A DNA stretch of 64,000 nt from Mytilus edulis (taxonomy: Eukaryota). The notes below the pieces were generated by a model that was not told the origin of the DNA, searched no databases, and worked only from the letters and a program-made list of their open reading frames with translations. The stretch lies in the NCBI RefSeq assembly GCF_963676685.1, contig NC_092351.1:36208001-36272000 (forward strand), read 5' to 3'. Shown piece by piece: positions 13,301 to 24,500 of this stretch (its first letter is position 1; each line of letters opens with the position of its first letter). Both the position numbers and the translations under genes were made by a program.

Positions 13301-14508
13301 TCCAATAAAAAGGATAAGAATTACACTTCATCTGCTAATAAGTACATACTGGGCAGTGATAAACACAAAATTCATTGATTTTAAAAATACTGTTTGTAAT
13401 AATTTAATAGAAATGGAATATAATTTCTAAGTTAGTATTATACAATCAAATGGACATCATTTATTTATATGTCTTTAAATTGAGATGTAAAGTATGCATC
13501 AATATGATATCAATATGTATATCTTTCAGTCATAAACAGTCTGTGTAAAGATCCTTGATATTGTTTAAACAACAGTCAAACCTGTGTATAAAGGTTATCC
13601 TTGCGACCATAGAACTAACTTATAAAAAGTAAAATCACAAAAATACTGAACTCCAAGGAAGGAAAGTCCCTAATCAAATGGCAAAATCAAAAGCTTAAAC
13701 TCATCAAACGAATAGATAACAACTGTCATATTACTGACTTGGTACAGGCTTTTTCTCATGTAGAAAATGGTGGATTGAACATGGTTTTATAGCTAGTTAA
13801 ACCTCTCAGTTGTATGACAGTCACATCAAATTCCATTATATTGACAATGATGTGTGAACAAAACAAACAGACATAATAGGTAAAAATGTCAAAAATATAG
13901 GTACAGCAGTCATCATTGTGTTATCATCTTAATCACTTTAAAAACAAACAAATGTAACAAAGAAGCACAAAAAGGCATACATCATATTTAACAACCTTAC
14001 TTTATACGATATTATTTATATATGTAAAACCACGCTTAAAGGATTGAAATATTTTAAGTACTGTACCACAGTCTTTATTATAAATGGTGATCTTTGAGTT
14101 GAGAATGCATAGGTATATCTATAGTCATGAAAGTGAGACTAACAGAAGATGATCTGTCATGACAAATTTTTGCCTTATATTGGTAACTTTTATAGCAGGT
14201 TTGACTCTATCTTGATTTTGAAAAAGAACCATGCACACAGAACTTTCTGTTTTAGAAATAATACATCATGATTTTATACAAAGTAAGAACATTGGTATGA
14301 TGGTCTTTTGCAGAGATCAAAATGAGTTTTAGTAGAACAACAAATTGTTGTTCACCCAGACTGAATAATTATCAGCTGACAGCATCTTATCCAATGAAAT
14401 TATTTCTATTTATAGATAACTAATGCAACAGAGAAAGCATCTAGATGCATAAAAGAGATTAAGGTTCAGCATAAAGAGAATTTAGTCGTACCGTTTGGTG
14501 TTCCATGA
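1382..14508 (+). CDS. LAMTOR1: Ragulator complex protein LAMTOR1 (p18), multi-exon
   Basis: Exons 1382-1423 (MGCCFSSEDDKDTL), 8781-8845 (TNEPDETTRLINP...), 10946-11032 (...GDEHSALERILQKTAR), 11940-12014 (DVIDVTNESNLVEQTEYQERTRQYS), 12858-12984 (...APQSVLASKPISLHDIQL), 14416-14508 (...IKVQHKENLVVPFGVP*). All introns are GT-AG with matching phases; 162 aa. The MGCC myristoylation/palmitoylation start, dileucine-like ETTRLI and C-terminal LVVPFGVP match LAMTOR1. Confidence 0.96.
2793..5105. repeat. 139-bp near-perfect inverted repeat pair (2793-2931 / 4967-5105) flanked by a 19-bp direct repeat
   Basis: The arms are reverse complements with one mismatch seen. ATTCCTTTGATTGTGTGAT occurs at 2771-2789 and 5108-5126. 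Confidence 0.85.
3903..4831 (+). mobile_element. Helentron-associated (HINE/pearl-like) non-autonomous element with an internal 161-bp tandem array
   Basis: Subterminal inverted repeat AACCGGATTT / AAATCCGGTT, (GGCG)n microsatellite near the 5' end, about 4.8 copies of a 161-bp unit (same register at 4060, 4221, 4382, 4543, ~4704), 3' hairpin GCTGTC-GTTGT-GACAGC, T-rich insertion site. Confidence 0.8.
6424..7801 (-). mobile_element. Internally deleted hAT DNA transposon
   Basis: TIR CAGGCCTGGGG / CCCCAGGCCTG, perfect 8-bp TSD ATGAAAGG (6416-6423, 7802-7809), subterminal ATTAC/GTAAT repeats. Confidence 0.92.
6669..6923 (-). pseudogene. hAT transposase C-terminal dimerisation domain remnant
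   Basis: DVDIYLSEP...LE*WK...KYLAISHT*APVERLLSIAGKVYRTYRCSL...MIKCN with two in-frame stops. Matches the hAT YL.IP.TS...ER.FS.AG motif. Confidence 0.88.
9378..9485 (+). CDS. LAMTOR1: Putative frame-preserving cassette exon of LAMTOR1, (FS)CCCCYGIKTEEPKPVFTEPPQPYNPPPIIQTLPS
   Basis: Two in-phase acceptors (CAG 9375-77, TAG 9381-83) and donor AG|GTAAAG at 9486. Length 108 or 102 nt, phase 2-2 like the flanking exons, no stop codon. Confidence 0.6.
11120..11710 (+). mobile_element. Degenerate HINE-like element in a LAMTOR1 intron
   Basis: TTTTTATAC start and diverged internal repeat units sharing AACTTTATACAG and GGGGAGATAATC. Confidence 0.4.
12154..12277 (+). repeat. Interspersed repeat (TAAAAGAGGGACGAAAGATACCAGAGGG family)
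   Basis: Near-identical copy at 33576-33770. Related fragments at ~34855-35030 and, reversed, ~59630-59780. Confidence 0.8.
13149..13277. mobile_element. Short palindromic MITE-like element
   Basis: GTTCAATATCGTAGCAGCTACGTAG ... CTACGTAGCAGCTACAATATTGAAC inverted termini. Confidence 0.55.
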
Positions 14509-17210
14509 TAGTCATTTGTTATATTAGGATTTATTGTTAAATATTCATTACTGCACATATGTACATATATGTATTTATGTATATAAATGTATGAGAGAGT
14601 GTATAAAATGCGAGATAGATTTACAGTTAGAGAGAAGAATTTTTGTGTGTTTGTATGATTTAAAGGTCGGAGTTCATCATGTTTATTGAGTAAAAATATA
14701 ATGATCGAAAATGTTTATTTTGTTCCATAGTCACTATTGTTTATGCGCATTTAATAAATGGAATTAGAATTAATTTATTTATTGTACAAGAAATCAGGGT
14801 ACAATTTTAATTCACAATTTTTTACAATGGAAAAACAAACAAAAATCTAGTAACAAATAAACATATATACTTTAGGACCTAGGTATTTTGTGTTCCAAAT
14901 ATGAAATTTCATGGTTTATTCTGTCGAAGTTCTTCTGGGCCAGACCAAATTTTTCAAAATATCAAATAATTTTTTTTCTATAAATCGCATTTTTATCTAG
15001 CAAGATTGGTTCTCATTGGACTACATGAAATTGTATGAGATCCTTAATATTGTGTTCTAGTAATGTTCATGCATGGTGAGCAATATCAAGACAGGACGAA
15101 AACAAATCTTGCTCATATGTTATAAAATATGTTTTCTTTCAATATTTGACAACGTCAATGCAAGATTTTATGATTGCAAAATAAATGTTTACTAGGTCCA
15201 TTAGATCGAATGAGTGCATTTATATGTTTACATCATTCTTTTTTTACATACTACTATCGTTACTTGCCTTGATTTAGAACTTTTACCTATTTTCGTTTTG
15301 TGAAACATGTATTGAAATGTCTAAAGAGTAAAAGTTCTTTTAGAAGAAATATTGTTTATGCATACAACTTGCCTTTTAGTTACTGCATGTCATTAAAATG
15401 CCTTACTTTGGATACATATAATTTCATGGATGTCAAATTTTGTAAATTGAAGAAAAATGTATTTATTTTGAACATTTAAATTTGCAGTTCACTTATGCCA
15501 ACAAATTTGGTACCCCACTAATATATATAAATTAACCCACTGTAATTAATTTCAATGCTGTATTTCACAGCTCCTTCAATTTCAATCTTTGATTGAGAGG
15601 TGAAAGGTCAATTACAACTAACTTTAATCCTAAGATGTTCTATCAATGGTATTTTAATAATCTTTTATCAATTACCTTGGGTATATGGCGTTAAAATGGC
15701 AGGCTACTCTAGATTTTTTGCCATCATTTGTAAACCTTTTTGGTTGCTATTAGTTGTTTGGATACTGTCTCCAATTATATTTTCTATTTACTTTTATTCA
15801 TTTGATAACATTGCATTGGTTAAAGGTATGATGAACCAAATATATAATTCTAAACATTTAAAGGTGTATGTTAAAAGGTTATTTACAAAATATATATATT
15901 TTTTCTTAATTAGCTTATGCCTCATATATACAAATGAAAGTAAATGATGTTGGAACTAGTTTATTAGAATGTATTGTCATACACATAAGGAATGGTAGCT
16001 CTAATATTAACCAGAATGTAATTGTTAAATAACCTTTTGGCCAAACATATGCATGTTCACTTTATGAAGCACTTTAGATACTTGGTGCATATAAATAAAT
16101 GCTGCTTGTATGTGCAATTAATTATATATTTTTTTTATATATTGAAATGATAAATATACCGATTCTGTGTCCTTACTTTGCTAACAAGGATCTGACAAAC
16201 ACTTCTTTCTTTTTGAAGACCTTTTGGGTCATCTTGATTTGTCCTAATGCTACATGACTGCAAAAATTTGAAAGGTGAAATTTTATTGGCTAATAAATAT
16301 TTACTGGAACTGAAAGTAAAATGGGGTTTGTCAAATCTTTGTTAGCAAAATGATGACACATGATCTGTAGTTTTATTATCATATTGTTTTTATATCTGCC
16401 TATTATGTTATAGAAAATGTATAATGATGGATACTGTATTTATGATTGAGATACATTAAAATGAGTTAATTCCTTAGATTTTAAATTTCCTGATTCAAAG
16501 GCCAAACCAGTTTTCAAGGATTTAGTTGTGTATTTTTTGTTGTCTATGATTCTGTTTTTTCTTAAAGATGAGATTTATGTGGGGATATTTTGGAGATTTA
16601 TTCTGAATCTTCAAAATTCCCTGCTTACCAATAAGGGAGAAGTGAAAATGTATTTAATATTAATATAACCTTTTCTCAAAAGCTGAAAGAATGAGTTGGT
16701 GATGGTTCCTACAATTCAAATGCATAGCTATCATTTTTTTGACAGGTTCCTATCCAAAAGCATTTACTTTATTTTTAAGTAAGAAAAATAGTAGAGTATA
16801 CATCCCATGCTTAAGACTATATAACTTTCTCGATAATTTCCTTATTTCATTTGTTTTCTAGTTATAGCACACACTATTAATAACAAAATGAAACTACAAC
16901 AAAAAGAGATAGAGATTATTTTCATTAAATTTAGAATTAAAATGAACATTCCATTACTTGGATATAAGAATTGTGAAGCCAACTTGTTGATTGTAACTTA
17001 TTTTAGGATAAGATATAGATGTGAAATAATAACTAAAAGTAAATTGTAGATATTACCAGAATGTTGCCATTTACATGTGCAATATTTTGTGTGATTAATT
17101 GTTTTATGTTTTATGTCTACATCATAATCTGTGCTTAAAATGTAATGTTGGAAGGTGGACATTTTTCACAAACATTATTATGAATAAAGACTTTTTATCA
17201 AATTTTGTGA
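14509..17210 (+). other. Probable long LAMTOR1 3' UTR
   Basis: Repeat-poor, T-rich stretch after the stop codon, with AATAAA at 17183-17188 followed by T-rich sequence. Earlier AATAAA sites also exist, so the end is uncertain. Confidence 0.4.
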
Positions 17211-17311
17211 TTTTCTCTCTTACATTATATTCAACAAATGTTGACAACTCCCTTAGACACATACACTAACTACACGTATATACACAACCCATTGCTTGAT
17301 ATAAGAAAAGC

Positions 17312-19256
17312 CAAGCATTTAATCTAACATTAATAGATATGATGTTTACCTTATAGCAGAAACGGTTTTTAATGTTACAAAATCCAACTCTATTATGAGA
17401 ACAATTGCTGAAAAGAGAAATGTGAAAAAATTGAGGTACATTTGTGACATATATATTTCTAGAAAGATTTGCTTAACTATTAATATGTGAAATACAATTT
17501 TACGAGTCATTTGATTAAAATTGTATGGAAACATTTCTAAATTTGGTGAGTGATTTGAGATATTTTCTAAGTGTCAGAATTATAATCATTACACTGGTTT
17601 TTAGGTAAAGATTTCATGAAATGCAATCAAAACCTTATGGGACTGACTTGATATCTAAATGTTCCAAGGCTGATCACTACCTTTTTTGATATACAAAATA
17701 TAGTGCATTGATCATAACACTTTATACATACTATCCATTAACATTTCACAAAATTTATCGATGTAATAAATGCTCCATTATTCAAGGCACAAAATGATGT
17801 TTCACTTGTCAAGAAAATTGCAAAACTTTTGCAAGGTGCAGGAATCTAATATCTTTTCTAAAAATATGAATTATGTCATTGTTAACCTCATCTTTAAAAT
17901 TGGAATTATCTTCCTTTGTCTAGAATAGCTGTTAAATGAGTAACAACCAATGCAATATTTAATTTTACTTCCCACTGATAAAGTGAAGCGATCTTTACCG
18001 TTCAGTGTCGTTTGATTAACATCATGGGACAGATCCAGTCATTTTTAAAGGGTGTTTTTTTTCGAACACAGGATAAAAGGGCTCCAACTGTGTCCCTATT
18101 CAAAAGCATTGATCATAAAAAGGGGAGGTTCCAACTTTGTCCAATCCCTGGATCCTCCACTGAGTACAATAAGAACGATACAGACTCTTTCAGAATGAGA
18201 AGTTCAGAATGAGAAGTCAAGAAAAGACAAAATACCATATTTTAAAAGTTAAAAAGAGCATATACATTTTGCAAAATATTTATATCTGTTTGATGAACCA
18301 CAGATGCAACGCAATGTCTCAGTTCGAAGACTGAACTCATATTTCCAAGCTGTATTCCATATGCTAGCAACTGCAACAAAACTCACCGAAAAGCTAAAAT
18401 ACGACAAAAATGGGTATGTCAACATCCACTCATAGCAATGTCTTAATGTCATTTAATAGATTACTTCGGTACTGGCATGAACATACTGATTTTTTGTGTT
18501 ATTAAAATTTGCTGTTACAAAATATTATAAATTATTATAAATAAAGGAATGTATCTCCCTCATGCAAAGCTCTGATTCCTTTCACAGATTTGGCTATACT
18601 TTTTGGACCTTTTGGATTATAGCTCTTCATCTTTTATATAAGCTTTGGATTTCAAATATTTTGGCCACGAGCATCACTGAAGAGACATGTATTGTCGAAA
18701 TGCGCATCATCTGGTGCAAGAAAATTGGTACCGTTAATTTTATTACAGTTGCAACAACAACAACAAGGTTTGAATGAATCATTAGTTTGTTAAAAATTTA
18801 TAACAAAACCAGATTAGAACAGATTGTCAGAATGTTTTAATTTTCTAACACAACCAGGCGAATGGCTAAACATACTATCAGCATAACGCAATGATCCTTT
18901 TGTGGTTTCCCTGATAGTTTTAACCTTTCAGGTTGTGATTGATGGATACATGCTGATGTCAGCATTTATTATGCAGCACGTATGCACGATCAGTAAAACA
19001 TTAGAAAGAAGTTTACTTAAACGACTTACTTTTATCCCTTCAAAATGTCCACTAAGTAGGTATAGCTTAGTTGATACAACTTTGCACTAGGAATACTATT
19101 TTCAATATACCTTGTTACAATGGGTTGACTACTGTCGTCAGCACAAATACCTTTTTTATGTGTTCTTTTGTGTTTGTTATAACAATTATTGATTCTTTGG
19201 AAACAGTAGGTAAATACGTTTTTCCCGAACCACCAATTGGTATTTTTTATATTTAA
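17312..19256 (+). pseudogene. Decayed paralogue of the peptidase-2/multipass-TM exon (23352-25174)
   Basis: Colinear blocks: LRYICDI (17432); SFD*NCMETFLNLVSDLRYF vs SSDESCMAFFVNLLAALRYF; AAAAATGGGTA..CATCCACT (~18406); SLIVLTFQVVIDGYMLMSAFIMQ vs SLIVLTYEAVKDDSVLMSAFIMQ; SLETVGKYVF..PIGIF vs SLRKVDEYLF..PISLF. Contains stops, frameshifts and a repeat insertion at ~18465-18745. Confidence 0.88.
18465..18745 (-). repeat. Interspersed repeat inserted in the pseudogene
   Basis: GTACTGGCATGAA...GAAATGCGCATC...GGTACCGTTAAT. Related copies at ~25805-26250 (opposite strand) and ~37580-37750. Confidence 0.7.
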
Positions 19257-20760
19257 GTTTAAAACAAAAATGACTTGAAGTGACACTAACAGTCAAATTC
19301 ATGTTCACCGATTTAACTCAAATCTCATATTTAATTTATAGCCATATAAAGCATTTGTTTTCAAAGTCTAAAATAAAGAGTTAACAGGGTATGGACCCGA
19401 TAATATGTAGCTTCGTGTCGTGTGTATTGTAGTCTTGACGTCTTTTAATGAACTATCGAGTTGACCTCCGAAGACCTTCGATGGTCATATAAGCGATATT
19501 AAAATTATATGTTAATCATCGTGTTTACCTGTATAAGAATAACTTTGTATGTGGATCGAATCAGTCAATCAAATGACTTACCACTGTTCATTCACAAAAA
19601 CTAAAAAAAAAAAAATGTACAGATATTGCATATTCTCATAATGAAATTAGCCTAACATATTATTAACAAAATGTATTTTATCTGAATTAAATGATTGAAG
19701 TTTATGTTTCTTGTATTGCCATAACAATAATACCCAATTGCATCTTAAGTTTAAAAGACAGGCGTAGATTTAATCCTGGTATCTATGATGAGGCTATGTA
19801 CATATCTATGATATAAATACTTTCACCATAACTGGATACTATGTGAATTACTTTTGTGAAGCTGCTCTGAATTTGCGCCTTGCTATTCTGTATAACAAGT
19901 CATTCATTGATTTATTTCTTCTTGAATAGAATATTAAATATATATAGTCTTTTTCACTGTCGAATAGTTCATACTTTTCACCTACAAGAGAAATTTCGCT
20001 GACGTGTTGACAGATGTATATTACTCTAGTAGACCTATATGTAAAGTGTGTAAATGAACTTATCATAAATACCAAGATAATTATTTGTACACCAGACTTG
20101 TGTTCCTTATACAAAAATGATCAGCGACGCTCGAATCAAAAAAGTTTTTCAAAAAAAGTTAAAAAATGAAGACAAAATAATGTACAGAGTTAAACCATAT
20201 TGGACCACCATTCTGAAATTTTCGCTAAATACAGCTACGGTAGTATTTTTAAATGGCAGAAAACCTTATTAATTATAGTTAAAAATTTGATGTGTAATTG
20301 TGACCATATCAATGACAATTCATGTCAACATAACAATACATAGAAACTTCATCTGCAATCTAGCGGATATGGCATCATTTATAAGATTCAACGTCTTAGT
20401 GGGCATCTTTACTTTTTTTTGATAACTCCAGTGACTGCCAGTAACTTGTGAGGAAAATGTTACCAATAAACGAAATATAAGTTGTAGATCCATAATCGAA
20501 CAGTTACCTGAATAACTGAAGCTGTGCAATGAGATACGTTCTCTCTCGTACACCTCTCAGGTCAAACAAGTTTAAAAATGAAAACTAAAAGTAAAATGAT
20601 AAAACTACACTCCTACACCATGTACATCTATAGGTACTTAGGCCGTATACTTCTTGCTTATGAAATGGTAGAAAAGATGTGACAACATAAATGAAAAAGT
20701 CATTTCACTACAACACAGAGTTAAAGAGCCTGATTTAGTCAAGGATCTTATTGCAATAAA

Positions 20761-21328
20761 GGAGTAGGTCCGGTAAGGACCGATTTTGACCTCAAATATC
20801 AGGTTCATCTGACGAAAAATTTTGACCACTTTTTAATCACTTAAGTGTTTATATATTTTATTTGAATCAATTAGTTTATGTGAAAGATTTTAACTGATTT
20901 TGTCATTGAAAAAGATCCGATTCAAGCTCAAATATGAAAAATCTACCAAATATGCATAAAAATGTCACTTTTCAGATGGTCTTTACCAAAAATGAAAGTG
21001 GCCGCATCCGTGTTCATCCTCAAACTTTATATATGTTATGTATTATCATAAAATACAACCTATATTTCAATATTAAGGATGAACACGAATGCGACCACTT
21101 TCGTTTTACACGAAAACCAGCTAAAATTTAACTAAAATGCTGGAATTGTGAAGATTTCAGTAATTTAGCATGACTTAATGGTGCTAGTACCCGATATATG
21201 TACATTGTATTGTCAAAGACAGCCCATATGTATGTAGCAGAAGCATTCTACTGCCCAATAAATAACTAAAAGTTTACATTTTAACAATTTTGTAAAACTG
21301 CTATATTTTGGGGCCAAAAAGGGGTCCT
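20761..21328. mobile_element. MITE-like DNA element with a truncated right end
   Basis: Left end GGAGTAGGTCCGGTAAGGACCGATTTTGACCTCAAATAT is partly complementary to right end ATATTTTGGGGCCAAAAAGGGGTCC. Internal inverted GTGGCCGCATCCGTGTTCATCCT / AGGATGAACACGAATGCGACCAC. Confidence 0.6.
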
Positions 21329-21596
21329 AACAAGTATTGATTATAATAACTCAAAATATGATATGTATTTTTATCATATACATTTATAATAATAATAATA
21401 ATCTTATAAGCTAAAAAAAAAAGGAACAAAAATAACAATAAAAGACAGGAAAATCATTGTACTTCCCGCCCTCAAAAGTAATAATAGAGAAAAAGCAAAC
21501 CATTGATATCACAGTCCAGCGTGTTGGTGCATGCATCAAACAATTTATTTATAGAACACAGTCATTTGTATCTACATTTTCATTGGAAAATAAACC

Positions 21597-24500
21597 ATGG
21601 ATCAGGTAAATAACACTGAACATATTATAACATGTATTACTTGAATAATAAGACATAGCAGACAAAATATATTGATACTTCGAACATTTTAGAATATCGA
21701 TCATTATAATTTATTGTGATTTTAGCATGTTCATATAATGTTGTAAATATACAAGGGAAAATATGTTGATATTATGTACATCGATGACGCTGACATTACT
21801 GTAACAGTTGTGGTATATGCAATTATTGTTACAATATTATTAAATGATACAATGTCAAAGTATCAAAATTTGATTTTTTGGTTAAAAATAACTTAATTCA
21901 AAATATTCAAAGCCCTATAATCCAAACTATACAGTAGTTTTGGTTGATCGAGTTAAGTTTTAAAGTGAAATTTTGTATTGTAAACCTGACATTTGATACG
22001 TAAATATATATCATATAACCGTGTCGATATAATAATATGTGAATAAAATGAAACAGTATGTAGTGAGTAAACACAAAAACATCATGCATTACGTCTCTGA
22101 GATATTTCACTAATAAAAATTCAACAACATGAAAATGCATTTGTTAAAATATTTCTAGATAACTCAAACGACGGAAACAGTCAACAGCCTGACCAGTACA
22201 CCTAAAGCATGTCCTGATAATATCGCAAAGTTTTGGAAAAATACCACCGGAGACCTGCAGGCACTAGGTATGCATCTAGATGACCCCATTACAGTAACTT
22301 TTGGAATAAAAAAATTTCCGGTAATTGACACACAAATATCAAACCCTGTACAAGCAGCGGCCAATAATTTAGGTGGCGGTCACCATGCAGTGATTTTAAA
22401 ACTGGAAGATAAAGACAAGTGCGCTTTTAAACTTGAACTTATAGTTGACGAAGACGTATGTTCTGTTAAAAAGAACTTCAAATGTCTGAATGAGGAATGT
22501 AACTTTCAAACCTTCTTTTTTTCAAAACTGGCCAACCATCATTTTTTGGAACACGTCGGTCCAGAAGGAGAAAATATTCATTACGAGTGTTGTGGTCATG
22601 CATTTCGAAATTTTCAGTCTTACTGTCAGCATCAATATACAAATCATTCAACTAAAGGTGAAATACAATTAAAATTTGATCACATTCGGGAAAATAATTT
22701 TGAGAATTTTCTAGATCATGTTCAATATTTTGGAGCATACAAGAAAAGCACAACTTTAAGACAGGTGATGCAGTGTGCAGTTGACATTATTTTAAACTTT
22801 GGAAGATATTGGGTCTACTGTTGGAACTGTCAGGATTTTGCAACTTGGTTTCTTGTCCAAGTTGGAGTTCCTCTGAGAAATGTAGATCCTACATTAGCAG
22901 ACAAACTTACAGGATCTGGTACAAAAATTAATGCAAGGTCAATACAGCAAAGTAAGGAATCGTATTTATACAAAACACACAATGAACTTGAGATGCATGA
23001 TTTAACAGACTGGAAAGGAGGTACTATTTGCGGTGAAAGCGGATGTAAATTTTTACCACCCATGTCACTGGAAGCATTAATACGGCATACAAAGGTTGCA
23101 CACAATGACGACACTATATCAGGTTTGCAAGCCGTATAATACCATTTATTCTAGAACTATCAAGATAACAAAATTAAAATATATTCAATTAGAACTAAGT
23201 TTTTTTTTTTTAGAAATAATGATACATTCTGTTGCAACGTTATTCTTTTATAAAATAGATCTGTAGAATTTCTTTTATTGTGCAAACATGAATAAAAATC
23301 CGCTAAATTGAATATAATTAAAAATACGCCACATTGTACAAAATGTTTCAGGTTCATCAATGGATGATATGTTCGATGATTTCCTGTACACTGTGTCTGG
23401 GTGTCATATGGACATTAATTTAGATGTTAAATTAAAAAGAAAATATTCTCTCTATCAGCTCCGTGGTACGGATATATGCTCCCATACGTCGATTGTATTT
23501 AGTCCATGGACTTCAAGCATTGAATCTAACATTCACAAATACGATTTTTATCACACAGCGGAAATGGTAATAGATGGTACAAAACGCAAACCTCTGGTGA
23601 GACCAATAACTGAAGAACGCCATGTAGAAAACTTGAGGTACATTTGTGATATAGATATTTCGACGGAAGAACTCTTAGACTATATGAATGTGATTTACAA
23701 AATAACATTTAAATATTCATCAGATGAAAGTTGTATGGCATTTTTTGTGAACTTATTGGCTGCTTTGAGATACTTTCGTGAAAGGAAAATTGTAGTTTCA
23801 TCAGTTAACGAGGGTCTTTTGGCAGAATATGAAAATTACAGAAGACTGACAGACATTAAAAAACGACGAAATGCTTTATTAAAAATAATTGAATTTTTCT
23901 CACTGAATCAAGAGTTTCAAGGGGAGATACAAGTTTGGAAATCTTCCTTTATTTACGATTTTCCGAAATGCAGCACAAAAACGTCGTCCGAAAAGTTAAA
24001 AGTATATGCAAATGCTATAAAACATTTAACTGCAACAAAATTTAATGAAATGCAAAGATCAGGTAGAGAAAAATGGGTAAGTCTTCATCCACTGATATCA
24101 ATGTTTTTGATGTCATTCAATACGATAGGAGAGTTGTTTTTGCCAATGTATTTCGTTTTCACTGTACTTCTTATACTAAGCTTTGGATTACCGTTGCTAC
24201 CAAAAAAGGATATGAATGGATTAAAATTATGTTTACAGTATATAAGGCAACCTCACGAATGGCTAAACATACCTGCAATAGTACGTAATCTTATGTTTAT
24301 AATATCACTAATAGTTCTAACATACGAAGCTGTAAAAGATGACTCAGTGCTAATGTCAGCTTTCATTATGCAGTACTTATGGATAATTTGCATTACATTA
24401 GAAGAAGATATATATAAACGAGTTCTCACTTTCCATGAAATGACCCTTAAAAACGTCCCTAAGCGTATAGTTCAGTTGATACACCTTGGCATAAGGAACA

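Noticed and set aside
15600-15947. 115-aa hydrophobic ORF
   Set aside because: GTG start, AT-rich composition, inside the probable LAMTOR1 3' UTR, no motif or splice support.
20349-20560. Signal-peptide-like MASFIRFNVLVGIFTF.. segment
   Set aside because: Needs a frameshift in a T run and meets stops immediately. No supporting exons.
22830-23114. Antisense and alternative-frame ORFs over the large exons (also 22164-22364, 23526-23708, 24073-24288, 29010-29270)
   Set aside because: Shadow ORFs of real coding sequence.
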